A stretch of DNA of 64,000 nucleotides, taken from an uncultured delta proteobacterium (GTDB taxonomy: Bacteria > Myxococcota_A > Polyangia > Polyangiales > JAFGIB01). Both the position numbers and the translations under genes were made by a program. The notes under the pieces were generated by a model. That model ran no database searches. It was not told the origin of the DNA and was given only the letters and a program-made list of their open reading frames with translations. Each line of letters starts with the position of its first letter. Within the stretch, counting starts at the first letter, position 1. The stretch covers positions 640,001 through 704,000 of the forward strand of contig CAVZVA010000005.1 of the NCBI GenBank assembly GCA_963778655.1, in the 5' to 3' direction. Positions 28,626 through 38,300 of the stretch are shown piece after piece.

Positions 28626-29560
28626 TGGCGCTCGGCGACCGCACGCGCTCGCTCGGTTTCGGCTGGCACGTTGCGGCGGCGAGCGCGCTGGTCGGCGCGC
28701 TCGCGCTGCACGGCTGCGGCGCGGGCGAGCGAGCGAGTCGCTCCGCGGGCGTGGCCACGCGCGGCAACGCGAGCATCGGCGGGCAGGTGGTGAGCACGGT
28801 CGACGGCCGCCCGATCACAGTGGCCGAGATCGAGCGCCTGGTGCGCGCCGGGCTGACCCCACAGCAAGCGCTGCGCCGCCTGCAGAGCGAGCAGCTGCTG
28901 ATGGAGGAAGCGGAGCGCCGGGGCTTGGCGGGCAATCCGGCCGTGCACGAGGTGAAGGCGCAGGCCGAGGTCCAGGCCGTGATCGAGCAGGAAGCCAATG
29001 CGGTCACGGTCAGCGACGCGGACGTGCGCCGGGCCTACGAGCAGCAGAAGGAGCGCTTCGAGCGTCCGGAACGCCGCGCTGCGGTCCACGTGCTGGCCAA
29101 GCTGCCGCCGAATTCATCGCCGCAGGCATTGGCGGCGGCCAAGGAGTTCGCCGATCGCATGGTCGGAGAGCTGGCGCTGGCCCCAGACCCAGTGGCGTTC
29201 GTGCACGCGCTCCCCAAGCCTGCGGGGCTGCCATTCCAAGTCGTGGCCGAGCAGATCCCCGCCGTGCCCCGTCACGGCAGGCTGGTCGAGCCGTTTCTGG
29301 CGGCGATGTTCTCGATCTCCGCGCCGGGCGTGGTTCCGCAGCCCGTGCAGACGAGCTTCGGCTGGCACGCGATCCGTGTGACCCAGATCCTGCCGGCGGA
29401 AACCACACCGTACGATAAGGCAGCGGACGTGCTGCACGCGGAGCTTCTGCTCTCGCACCGTCGGACCAGGCTGCACGCGCTGCTCGACCGTCTGCGCAAG
29501 GAACAAGGTGTCCAGGTCTCCTCGAGCGTCGGCCAACGACTCGCTCACCTCGAGCTTTGA
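28622..29560 (+). CDS. Parvulin/PpiC-type peptidyl-prolyl isomerase (SurA/PrsA-like lipoprotein)
   Basis: LHGC lipobox, VSTVDGRPIT, PERRAAVHVL, PVQTSFGWHAIRV. Confidence 0.8.
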   Translation: MMALGDRTRSLGFGWHVAAASALVGALALHGCGAGERASRSAGVATRGNASIGGQVVSTVDGRPITVAEIERLVRAGLTPQQALRRLQSEQLLMEEAERRGLAGNPAVHEVKAQAEVQAVIEQEANAVTVSDADVRRAYEQQKERFERPERRAAVHVLAKLPPNSSPQALAAAKEFADRMVGELALAPDPVAFVHALPKPAGLPFQVVAEQIPAVPRHGRLVEPFLAAMFSISAPGVVPQPVQTSFGWHAIRVTQILPAETTPYDKAADVLHAELLLSHRRTRLHALLDRLRKEQGVQVSSSVGQRLAHLEL

Positions 29561-29588
29561 GCGTGGGCACGGCTCGGGCGACGACCAG

Positions 29589-30242
29589 ATGACCAGGGGG
29601 CCGGAAGCTCCGCGCGATCTGCTGGAGACGGCGTTCACGCCGATTCTGCGCCGCGTGCGCAATGCGGCTCCAGGCGTGCTGGCGGCCGTGTTCGTGGACG
29701 TCGAGGGCGAGTGCATCGACTATGTGTCCACGCTCGACCCATTCGAAGCCAAGGTCAGTGCAGCCCACGCGCTGGTGCTGGTGGCTGCGCTGCGCGCGGC
29801 GCCCGCCAGACTCGGCATGAGGGAGCCGGTCGCGCTGACCATCACCGGGAGCGCGCGCGAGCTGTGGGCCCGCCGCGTGACCGAAGAGTACCTGTTGGTG
29901 GCGGTGCTCGAACCCGGCGCGGACGCCTCCCGGATCGCCGTGGCGCTGTCGGATGCGGGTCGGGAATTCCGCCAGGAGGTGGGTGCCGTCCCGCCAGCGT
30001 GGGAGCCCGCGCCGCACCGTCTCGAGGTGATCGTGCGGCCGGCGGTGGGCTGGCCCTACGCGCCCTCGGCCTTTAGCCAAGAGGGCGTGCGGGTCGTGAT
30101 CAGCGACGTGCTGGGGCGCTGGACCGAGCCGGGCGGCGCGCACGACGACGAGCTGGTCTGCTTCCGGGTCCGCACCGAGGACGGACAGGAGCTTACACTT
30201 GTTCACGACCCGGCCGAGCACGGCTGGCGCGTTCGCAGCTGA
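29589..30242 (+). CDS. Roadblock/LC7 (MglB-like) domain protein with a C-terminal extension
   Basis: FTPILRRV...GVLAAVFVDVEGECIDY, ARRVTEEYLLVAVL; extra C-terminal beta domain. Confidence 0.6.
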   Translation: MTRGPEAPRDLLETAFTPILRRVRNAAPGVLAAVFVDVEGECIDYVSTLDPFEAKVSAAHALVLVAALRAAPARLGMREPVALTITGSARELWARRVTEEYLLVAVLEPGADASRIAVALSDAGREFRQEVGAVPPAWEPAPHRLEVIVRPAVGWPYAPSAFSQEGVRVVISDVLGRWTEPGGAHDDELVCFRVRTEDGQELTLVHDPAEHGWRVRS

Positions 30243-30315
30243 GACTGGGCGCGCGACCGCGCGGGAAGCGTCGCGCGGCGTTGCCGGGGCGGGCGCGGTC
30301 CGATAGCATCGATCT

Positions 30316-31554
30316 GTGGCCACGCGGAGTTGTCCGAGCTGCGGCAGAAGCTATCCCGACGCGGTGTTTTTCTGCGGCGAGGACGGCACGATCACGGTCC
30401 AGGACCAGGACCCCAAGGATTTCGACGGCCGCCTGGGCAAGCGCATAGGCGGCTACGTCGCAGTCGCGCGGGTGGCCGACGGCGCCATGGGCCGCGTGTT
30501 CGAGGGGCGCCACCCGGAGACCAAGTCCCGCGTGGCCATCAAGATTCTGCACGCCGACGTGGCCCGCGATCGGATCGCGGTCGAGCGCTTCAAGCGCGAG
30601 TACGAAACCGCGATGGAGCTCGACCACGCCCACATCGTCAAGGTGTTGGAGTTCGGCGAGACCGACGAAGGCGCGCCCTTCCTGACCATGGAGTATCTGG
30701 AAGGCGCGGAGCTGGGCAAGGTGTTGGGACGCGGCCAGCTGCTGGCGCCCGCGCGCATCGTGCGCGTGGTGTGCCAGGTGGCGCTCGCGCTGGAGCACGC
30801 GCACTCGTTCGGCTTCATCCATCGCGATCTCAAGCCCGACAACATCTTCCTGTGCAGCACCGACACCGGTGACGACGTGCGCGTGCTCGACTTCGGCTCG
30901 GTCAAGCTGCAGCTCGAGATGGGCGCGAAGCTGACCGCCATCGGGACCACGGTCGGCTCGCCCTTCTACATGTCTCCGGAGCAGGCGATGGGCCGCGCGG
31001 ACGTCGATCAGCGTACGGATGTGTTCGCGTTGGGGGCGATCTTGTACGAGATGCTGACCGATCGGGTGGCGTTCGATGCGCCCAACATCGCCAAGATCCT
31101 GTTGCGGATCATGAACGAAACACCGGCCCCGCCAAGCAGCATCAATGCGGCCTCTCCCCGGGCGCTCGACGCGGTGGTCGAGGCGGCGCTGCGCAAGGAC
31201 AAGGAGCTGCGCACCAAGAGCGCGCGTGCGCTCGCCGAGGGCGTGCTCGCCGCGTATGGCTTGAGCGGCAACGTGGAGGACTGGTCCAAGCGGCCGGTCT
31301 CCGAGATCGCGCAGGCGCTGGCGGAGCGGCCCCAGCCGCAGCCCGAGCCGCCACCGGCGCCGGCGGGCGCGGAGGAGACGATGCGACCGAGCACGAGCGA
31401 GCGCGGCGATGCCACCGTGCCCAAGATCGGGCTCGGGCACGATGACGGCGGCGGTGGGCCGGTGTTGGCGTCGAGCACGAACGTGGGCGCGATGGCGCTG
31501 ATCGCGCTCGGCCTGGTGGTGGTGGGCGGCCTGCTGACGTTCCTGCTGCGCTGA
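30316..31554 (+). CDS. Ser/Thr protein kinase with N-terminal Zn ribbon and C-terminal TM helix
   Basis: CPSCG..FCGEDG, VAIK, HRDLKPDN, DFG, GSPFYMSPEQ, C-terminal hydrophobic helix. Confidence 0.93.
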   Translation: MATRSCPSCGRSYPDAVFFCGEDGTITVQDQDPKDFDGRLGKRIGGYVAVARVADGAMGRVFEGRHPETKSRVAIKILHADVARDRIAVERFKREYETAMELDHAHIVKVLEFGETDEGAPFLTMEYLEGAELGKVLGRGQLLAPARIVRVVCQVALALEHAHSFGFIHRDLKPDNIFLCSTDTGDDVRVLDFGSVKLQLEMGAKLTAIGTTVGSPFYMSPEQAMGRADVDQRTDVFALGAILYEMLTDRVAFDAPNIAKILLRIMNETPAPPSSINAASPRALDAVVEAALRKDKELRTKSARALAEGVLAAYGLSGNVEDWSKRPVSEIAQALAERPQPQPEPPPAPAGAEETMRPSTSERGDATVPKIGLGHDDGGGGPVLASSTNVGAMALIALGLVVVGGLLTFLLR

Positions 31555-31569
31555 GGGCCCGAGCCGCGC

Positions 31570-33489
31570 TCAGCGGGGCGGGGCCAGCGGCACGAAGTCG
31601 TCGCCTTGCAGCTCGAGCAGGCGGGTCGGCCTGCGCGCGGTGCGGTCCGCTCCCAGACCGGAGCTTGCGCTGGCCAGCTCGCTCGACTCGGTGTGCGCGA
31701 GCGCCGACGCCAGATCGGCGCGCGTCCTGGCTCCATGCTCGACCGCGCTGCGCACGAGCGTATAGGCATCGTGGGCAAACGCGGCGAAGCTGTCCGGCGG
31801 CTCGCCAAATTGCTCCTGGAAGCGCTGCAGGAAGCGCTGGCCCGCCCCGCTCGCCGTCTGCGGGTCGAAGGGCACGGAGAAGACCGCGCCTTGCAGATAG
31901 CGGCCGACGCTGCGTGACAGATCGTGGTCGAACGCGACCGACGGGGCGATGATCGAGATCGCGCGCCCGCCGTTGGGTGCGGCCTGGCCCGCTGGCGTGC
32001 ACCACAAGCCCTCGGCCGCGAGCGCGGGCGCGATCAGCGCGATCTCGCGCGGCTCGTCGGCGAGCAGCACGCTGTCGAGCGGAAGCTTGGCCAGCGCGGC
32101 GGTGTGCTCCACGAAGTTGGTCGCGCCGGGCTCGTACCGGCGCACGGCGGTGACCTCGACCCCGAGCGGTGCGGCGCGCGCGCGCAGCGTGCGCTCCATC
32201 AGGTCGCCGTAGGGGCCTTGGGGCAGCAGCGCCGCCACGTGAATGCGCCCGCTCTGCTTGAGCTGCCCGAGCAGCGCCTGCAGCTCGTCGTCCGGCGTGG
32301 CGAAGAAGCGGTAGACCATAGGCCCCTGCTCGACGGCGTGACCGCCCGGAGTAAGCAGCACGATCGGCACCCCGAGCTGCTGCGCGCGTGCGGCGGCTGC
32401 ATCGCCCGCGCGTACGTCCATCGGCCCGATCACCGCGATCACCCGGTGCGACGCGACCAGCTCGCTGACCGCATCGGCCGCGCGCGCAGGCTCGCCTCCA
32501 TCGTCGCGGAACACCAGCTGAGGCGCGTTCGTCGCGGGCGGACCCTGCAGCGGCAGCCCGGCGGCGAGCATCAACCCGCGCAGCGCAAGCTCGCCCACCC
32601 TGCGCCCGCGCCCGCTCAGGCTCAGCACCGCGCCGATCACCTGCGGGTTGGCGTCCGTGGGGCGCTCGGCGCGCACCGCGATCGCGCCGAGATCGGAGTC
32701 GATCGGGATCTCCTGGTCGCGCATCACGTCGAGCAGACGCCGCACGCGATTGGCGTCGCCTGCGGCGTCGGCATCGCGCACCGCGCGCTGGATGACCTGG
32801 CGCCAGGCCGCGCCGTCGTGCGGCAGGTCGCGGTACAGCCGCTCGATATCCTGCGCGCTGGCCTTGTTCTTCGTGAGCTCGGCGATCTTGGCCGTGGCCC
32901 AGCTGCGGTCGGCGGCGGAGATCGGCTCGCCCGCCAGGGTGTCGAGCGCGGCGATGGCGTCGCCGTAGCGCTCGAGCTTCTCCAGCGCCTCGGCCAGCGT
33001 GCGCAAGAGCAGGCTGGTGTCGGCCGGGTCGACCGGCCGGCCGATCATGGGCTGCAGGGTCTTGACCGCGGCCTCGTCGTCACCCAGACGGTGGCGCACG
33101 ATCGCGCCGTAGAAGCGCCCTTGCTCGGCGAGCGCGGGGTCAGGATGAGCAGCGACCCGGTCGAACAGACCCTTGGCCTCGTCCGTGTCGCCGCGCTTCA
33201 GCAGCAGCCGCCCGAGCGACAGCCGCGCGACCGGCACCAGCGGATCGGCGGGCCGCTTGGCGATGAACGCGCGGTAGCGCGCGATCGCGGCCTCGGCGTC
33301 GCCCTTGTCCTCGAGCCCGCGCGCCTCGCGCAGATCCGCTTCCGCTTGCGGATCGCTGCTGGTGATCGCGGGCAATTTGCCGAAGTCCGGCCCGGCGTGG
33401 CCGGGACAGCCGCCGAATGCGATCGGCGCGCCGGCGCACAGCAGCAGCAGGGCCGCCGCCGCGGCGGCCTTCGAGCGGTGGCTGAACAT
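31570..33489 (-). CDS. TPR plus periplasmic-binding-fold lipoprotein (LpoA/LppC-like or branched-chain-SBP-like)
   Basis: Signal ..AFGGC, N-terminal TPRs, IGAVLSLSG..G, VIAVIGP, AAFAHDAY. Confidence 0.72.
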   Translation of the reverse strand: MFSHRSKAAAAAALLLLCAGAPIAFGGCPGHAGPDFGKLPAITSSDPQAEADLREARGLEDKGDAEAAIARYRAFIAKRPADPLVPVARLSLGRLLLKRGDTDEAKGLFDRVAAHPDPALAEQGRFYGAIVRHRLGDDEAAVKTLQPMIGRPVDPADTSLLLRTLAEALEKLERYGDAIAALDTLAGEPISAADRSWATAKIAELTKNKASAQDIERLYRDLPHDGAAWRQVIQRAVRDADAAGDANRVRRLLDVMRDQEIPIDSDLGAIAVRAERPTDANPQVIGAVLSLSGRGRRVGELALRGLMLAAGLPLQGPPATNAPQLVFRDDGGEPARAADAVSELVASHRVIAVIGPMDVRAGDAAAARAQQLGVPIVLLTPGGHAVEQGPMVYRFFATPDDELQALLGQLKQSGRIHVAALLPQGPYGDLMERTLRARAAPLGVEVTAVRRYEPGATNFVEHTAALAKLPLDSVLLADEPREIALIAPALAAEGLWCTPAGQAAPNGGRAISIIAPSVAFDHDLSRSVGRYLQGAVFSVPFDPQTASGAGQRFLQRFQEQFGEPPDSFAAFAHDAYTLVRSAVEHGARTRADLASALAHTESSELASASSGLGADRTARRPTRLLELQGDDFVPLAPPR

Positions 33490-33634
33490 GGGATCAGAGC
33501 TCGGTGGCGGTCGGCTCACGCATCCTGCATACGGCAGAAGGGGCACCGCTGTCATCGTCCGATCCTTGCCAATGCTCGGGGCTGCGGGCCAAGTTCTCGA
33601 CGAGGCGCGGGAACCGAGCGGAAGAGGGCGGCTG

Positions 33635-34354
33635 ATGGCGAGGCGCAGGACTGTGGAGCTGGTGGCGGCGCGCCCGCTGTCGCCCTCCGTGCGCTGCCTG
33701 CGCTTCGGCTGTACCGACGGCGAGCCGCTCGAGTACCTGCCCGGCCAGTGGCTCGATTTCGACGCGCCCACGGAGGCGGGCCCGGTGCGCCGCGCCTACT
33801 CGATCGCGTCGGCGCCGGACGCGGCGCACCCCGGGGAGTTCGAGATCGCGGTCACGCTGGTGGGGGACGGGGGTGGAGCGTCACACGCGCTGCACGGCCT
33901 GCCGCTGGGCGAGCGCGTCGAGGTCGACGGTCCCCACGGCTTCTTCACCCGCGAGCAGGCCCGCCACCTGCCTGCGTTGCTGGTCGGGACCGGTACCGGC
34001 TTGAGCCCGCTGCGCGCGATGCTGCAAGACGAGCTGCGCCAGGCCGAGGGGCCGAGGCTCGCGCTGCTGTTCGGCTGCCGCACCGAGGCCGACGTGCTGT
34101 GGGGAGAGGAGCTGCGGCAATGGGCAGCGGACATGGCGCGCTTCTCCTTGCACGTGACGCTCAGCCGCGGCTCCGAGGCGTGGACCGGCCTGCGCGGATA
34201 CGTGCAGGCGCATCTAGCCGCTCTGATCGATCCCGCCGAGCGCCCGCACGTCTACGTCTGCGGGTTGACCAAGATGGTGGCCGACGTGCGGCGCACGCTC
34301 AAGCAGCAGCTGGGCTACGAGCGCCGCATGATCCACAGCGAGCGCTATGATTAG
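33635..34354 (+). CDS. Ferredoxin-NADP reductase-like FAD/NAD-binding oxidoreductase
   Basis: YLPGQW, RAYSIAS, GPHGFF, GTGTGLSP, YVCG..MV, SERY. Confidence 0.88.
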   Translation: MARRRTVELVAARPLSPSVRCLRFGCTDGEPLEYLPGQWLDFDAPTEAGPVRRAYSIASAPDAAHPGEFEIAVTLVGDGGGASHALHGLPLGERVEVDGPHGFFTREQARHLPALLVGTGTGLSPLRAMLQDELRQAEGPRLALLFGCRTEADVLWGEELRQWAADMARFSLHVTLSRGSEAWTGLRGYVQAHLAALIDPAERPHVYVCGLTKMVADVRRTLKQQLGYERRMIHSERYD

Positions 34355-34372
34355 TACCTCGACACAGAACGA

Positions 34373-36553
34373 TCAGCGCTTGATGGTGTAGCTGATCTGA
34401 TCGCGCTTGGCGCTCTTGGTCTTGGGGAAGGTCTGCGAGCGGATCAAGGGCTCGACGCAGCCCTGCAGCTCGCTCGGCAGCACCGACACCATCAACAGCT
34501 TGCCGTCTTCGACCACCAGCAGCACCCGCGCCTGGAAGGTCGGCTTCTTGGCGTTCGCCAGACACGCGATCAGCTGGTCGTGCACCGGCAGCAGGGTCTG
34601 GTCGACTAGGCCCAGGGTGAGGTTGAGCGGCGCGTACTTGGACGGGTCGGCGGCGGTGTCCACCTCCTGCGCGACCTGCTCCGCTTGAGCCTGCTGCGCG
34701 GCCTCGTCTTTCTTCTCGGCCGCGGCCTGCTGCGCCGCCAGCACGTCCAGCGCGGCCTTGGCCTTCTGGCGTACCGAATACACACCGAGCTCGTCGTAGG
34801 TGATCGCCTCCAGCACCGGCTGTGCGACCGGACCGCTCAGCTTGACCAGCACCTGCGGCGCGAGCTCGAGCGCGCGCAGCACGTGCTCGTCGACCGCATC
34901 GGCGTGGTACAGGCGCAGGAAGTCGGCCAGCGGCTCGGCCGCGGCCGGGTCGCCGAGATCGCCCAGCGCCTTGACCAGCGGGGGCAGGTCGCTCGAGCGC
35001 GTGCCGGGATCCTTCAGCTGCGCGATCAGCGGGCCCACGGCCTGCTTCTCCTTGAGGCTGGCCACGGCCTTGGCTAGCCATCCCACCGGCGGCGAGGTCG
35101 TGCCCTCGAGATAGCCGGCGTGTCGCTGCAGCGCGGCCAACAGGTGCTCGGCGCCAACCGAGCGGTGCTTGAGCTCGGTGCAGGCGCGCACCTGCACCGC
35201 GGGCGCGAGCCGGCTCGAGTCGCACAGCTCGATCAGGTCCGCCGTAACCTCGGCCTGCGGCAGCCTCGCCAGCTGCATCACCGCCAGCATGCGTGCGGGC
35301 ACCATGCGTGCGTCTTGATCCTGCGCGGCGGCCATCAGCTGCACCGCCAGCGCGTTCGGATCGAGCGCCGGACCGCCGCCGCCCGGGCCCGCACCGCTCT
35401 CGGGCAGGCGCACCACCATGCTGGGCAGGCCGCTGTCCGCCTGCCACAGCAGCTTGCCCGAAGGCGCGCCCAGAAACGCGAAGCGCCCCTGCTCGTCGGC
35501 CACCACCAGGCCGCCAGGCTGGGCCTGCTCGCCGACGATGTCGTCGTCGTGCACGTAGACCCAGCGCACCGCGTAGTCGCGCGGGCTGAGCGCGAACACG
35601 AAACGGTAGAACACCAGGTACAGGTTGTCGTCGAGCAGCCCGAGGCGAACGTTGTCGAGCGGCTTGGGCTGCCACGCCAGCGCGATGCGGTGCTGGGCGC
35701 TGTCGGGCGCCGGCGCGCTCACCATCGTGTACACGTCACTCAGCAACTTCGGCCGCCCGGGCAGCTCGTGCTCGGGCAGGCTGAAGTAGCCCGCGCCGCG
35801 CAGCTTCCCCGAGCCGATCGAGGAGGTCACGCGCGCGATTCCGTGATAGCTCCCCACGTAGACCTGACCGTCGGCGTCCAGCACGTGTCCGATCACGCCG
35901 TCCCGCACCCGTACGCGCGCGATCTCGTCGCCGCTCTCGACGTCGATCGCCGACAGGTACTGGCTGCTCCACGGCACCAGCACCATCGAACCGACCACCG
36001 CCGGCACGCCGGCCATGGCGCCCAGCGGCCGCCGCCATAGCAGCGCGCCGCCGCGCACCAGCAGCGCCTGGGACTTCGCGAAGGTGCCCTGGCCCTGCCC
36101 GATCACGAAGGCCACCAGCGGCCCCGCGCCGCCCGCGCCCTTGAGCGACATCTGGCCGCGGGCCACGCTGAAGCGGCGCACGCCGCTGCGCAGGTCGAAC
36201 CCCACGACGGCGTCCGCGGTCTGCACCACCACCACGTCGCCGGCGAGGTGCGGCGGTGAGCTGGCCTTGATCGGCTGCTGCCATAGCGTCTTGCGGCTGC
36301 TCAGGTCGAACCCGTAGAGCTTGCCATCGCTGCCCACACCGGCCGCGACCGTGCCGGGCCTGTGCGGGGCGGCCGCGTTGATGCGCTGCAGCAGCAGCTC
36401 GACGTCGTTGTCCCGGTTGTCGGGGTAGCGCGTGCTGAACGCGGCCGGCTCGCCCGCGCAGCCGCCCGTGGCCGGCGCAACCAGCGCCGCGGCCAGCAGC
36501 AGGCAGCTGCAGGCTGCGCGCGGACCTTGGCTTCGAAGCGATGCGTTGCCCAT
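34373..36553 (-). CDS. Lipoprotein: PQQ-like beta-propeller, HEAT repeats and a C-terminal TonB_C/AgmX-PglI-like domain
   Basis: Signal ..TGGC; propeller repeats (LYGFDLSSRKTLWQ, GAPSGKLLWQ); HEAT (LVKALGDLGDPAAAEPL); C-terminal IAC...CVEPLIRSQTFP..ISYTI. Confidence 0.7.
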   Translation of the reverse strand: MGNASLRSQGPRAACSCLLLAAALVAPATGGCAGEPAAFSTRYPDNRDNDVELLLQRINAAAPHRPGTVAAGVGSDGKLYGFDLSSRKTLWQQPIKASSPPHLAGDVVVVQTADAVVGFDLRSGVRRFSVARGQMSLKGAGGAGPLVAFVIGQGQGTFAKSQALLVRGGALLWRRPLGAMAGVPAVVGSMVLVPWSSQYLSAIDVESGDEIARVRVRDGVIGHVLDADGQVYVGSYHGIARVTSSIGSGKLRGAGYFSLPEHELPGRPKLLSDVYTMVSAPAPDSAQHRIALAWQPKPLDNVRLGLLDDNLYLVFYRFVFALSPRDYAVRWVYVHDDDIVGEQAQPGGLVVADEQGRFAFLGAPSGKLLWQADSGLPSMVVRLPESGAGPGGGGPALDPNALAVQLMAAAQDQDARMVPARMLAVMQLARLPQAEVTADLIELCDSSRLAPAVQVRACTELKHRSVGAEHLLAALQRHAGYLEGTTSPPVGWLAKAVASLKEKQAVGPLIAQLKDPGTRSSDLPPLVKALGDLGDPAAAEPLADFLRLYHADAVDEHVLRALELAPQVLVKLSGPVAQPVLEAITYDELGVYSVRQKAKAALDVLAAQQAAAEKKDEAAQQAQAEQVAQEVDTAADPSKYAPLNLTLGLVDQTLLPVHDQLIACLANAKKPTFQARVLLVVEDGKLLMVSVLPSELQGCVEPLIRSQTFPKTKSAKRDQISYTIKR

Positions 36554-36565
36554 GGCGGTGTCCTT

Positions 36566-37474
36566 TCAGTCCGCGATCTCTTGCATCGCGCGCAGCAGCG
36601 CACGGCTGACTGCCGGTGGCAGCGAGGGGCCCGTGGTCGAGACCAGATCGCCGAGATAGCCCTTGACCTCCTTGGTGCCGACCTCCTCCAGCTTCGCGAT
36701 CAGCTCGAGCTTGGCGGCTTCCGGCACGTCGCTGCGTTGGAGCACCTGCACCAGTGCCGGTCCGAGCTTGTGGAAGGGCAGCTTGCCCAGGTAGCCGGTC
36801 AGTCGCTGCACCTCGCCGGGGGCGATCACCTTACCGATCGCGTCCGAGGCTTCGAGGTTGCCGCGATCGAGCGCCAGGAACAGCTTCTCCAACGCGCCCT
36901 TGGCGCCGATCTCTCCCAGACCCGTGGCCGCCGCGGCGCGCACCTTGGGATCTCCGTCCGAGAGCGCCGTGATCAGCGCTTGCTCGGCGCCCGCCGGATG
37001 GACCGCGCTGATCGCCTCGACCGCACGCAGGCGGATCTCGGGACGGCGGTGCGCGCTCAGCTCGTAGAGCACCGGGCCTGCGTTGGGCTGGCCCAGCGCC
37101 ATCAGCGTGACGATCGCCGCTTCCAGCAGCTCCGGCGGCAGGCCGGCGTGGATGCGCGCGACCAGCGGATCGACCGCCTCCTTGGTGCCGATCAAGCCCA
37201 GGCTCTGGATGCCCTCTTCGACGTCGTTGGCCTTGTCGGAGGCCAGCAGCTTCATCGCGCTGTCGAGCGCGGCCTTGACCGCCGGGCTGGGAGCAGCCTC
37301 CTTGCTCTTGGCCTTGCTCTTGGCCTTGCTCTTGGCCTTGGCTGGCTGGCTCTTGGCGGAGGCGTTCGCGCCGGCCGGTTTGGCCGCGCCGCCGGCCTGC
37401 GCGCGAGCGCCCGCGCTGGCCGCGGCCAGGCTCAGGCACAGGATGAACGAGCATGTGAGCGTGCGGTCGAGCAT
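36566..37474 (-). CDS. Exported HEAT-repeat protein
   Basis: Signal peptide, KAKS tandem repeats, HEAT repeats (IRLRAVEAI, VRAAAATGLGEIG). Confidence 0.8.
   Translation of the reverse strand: MLDRTLTCSFILCLSLAAASAGARAQAGGAAKPAGANASAKSQPAKAKSKAKSKAKSKEAAPSPAVKAALDSAMKLLASDKANDVEEGIQSLGLIGTKEAVDPLVARIHAGLPPELLEAAIVTLMALGQPNAGPVLYELSAHRRPEIRLRAVEAISAVHPAGAEQALITALSDGDPKVRAAAATGLGEIGAKGALEKLFLALDRGNLEASDAIGKVIAPGEVQRLTGYLGKLPFHKLGPALVQVLQRSDVPEAAKLELIAKLEEVGTKEVKGYLGDLVSTTGPSLPPAVSRALLRAMQEIAD
37301..37340. repeat. 12-bp coding tandem repeat (CTTGCTCTTGGC, about 3 copies; encodes KAKS)
   Basis: Directly visible in the sequence. Confidence 0.8.
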
Positions 37475-37664
37475 GACCCTCCCCGACCCCGGCGCGGGGG
37501 CGCCAGGAACGGGCCCTACGGTACCCGAAACCCCACGCGAGCAGTAGGCTGGTTGCGCACCGGAAGCGGCTCTGCGGAGGATTCCTACGGCAAGACGGGA
37601 AGCGCGAGGTGCTTGCGGTCCACCGGCTGCCCTCGCGCGTTGAATGCGCGCGTGGCCGGCGGGC

Positions 37665-38225
37665 TTACCGCGGCGGCGCGCTGGACGGGGCTCCGGCTTG
37701 CGGCACGCCGGCGGCGTGCAGCTGCGCGGCGGCCGCGGCGGCCAGCAGGCGCAGGTCGGCGCGCAGCGAGGCGTTGTCGGCGGCCTTGCACAGGGCCGAG
37801 AGCGCCGGGACGAGCGTCTGCGGCAGCAGCTCGCGGCGCGCGAGCACGAGCGGGTCCAGCGCGCGCGCGATCTGCCACGCCGCGCGCGCCGCGCTGGGCG
37901 CGAGATCGGAGTCGCGGCTCACGATCATGGCGCACAGCGGCAGCAGGGCTTGCTCGGGCTCGTGCAACCAGGGCGCGGCGCGCGCGGCTGCGAGCCGCGT
38001 CGCAGCGGGCTGCTCGGGAGCGAGCAAGGCGAGGATCGCCGGGTCTCCGTAGCGCCGCGCGACCCGTGCCAGCTCGAGCGGGTCGGCATCGCGCACCGCG
38101 CGCAGCGCCGCGGCCGCCGGGGGCGTCGCCGGCGACGCGGCAGCAGCCTGCGCGCCTGCCAGCAGCATCGCCGCGGCCAGCACGCTCGCAGCGATGGGCC
38201 AAGGCGCCGAGAGATCAGCCCGCAT
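37665..38225 (-). CDS. Hypothetical exported alpha-helical (HEAT-like) protein
   Basis: Signal peptide-like N-terminus, helical repeats; co-oriented with neighbours. Confidence 0.55.
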   Translation of the reverse strand: MRADLSAPWPIAASVLAAAMLLAGAQAAAASPATPPAAAALRAVRDADPLELARVARRYGDPAILALLAPEQPAATRLAAARAAPWLHEPEQALLPLCAMIVSRDSDLAPSAARAAWQIARALDPLVLARRELLPQTLVPALSALCKAADNASLRADLRLLAAAAAAQLHAAGVPQAGAPSSAPPR

Positions 38226-38300
38226 CGGCCTGCTGTAGCACGCCGGGCTCCGGCGGTGCAGCGGGACGCGCTCGGACGCCGGCCCGGCTCAGTTAGAGCC

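Noticed and set aside
491..37602. CRISPR interpretation of the GGGAAG repeats
   Set aside because: Copies are dispersed, degenerate and palindromic, with no regular repeat-spacer array and no cas genes
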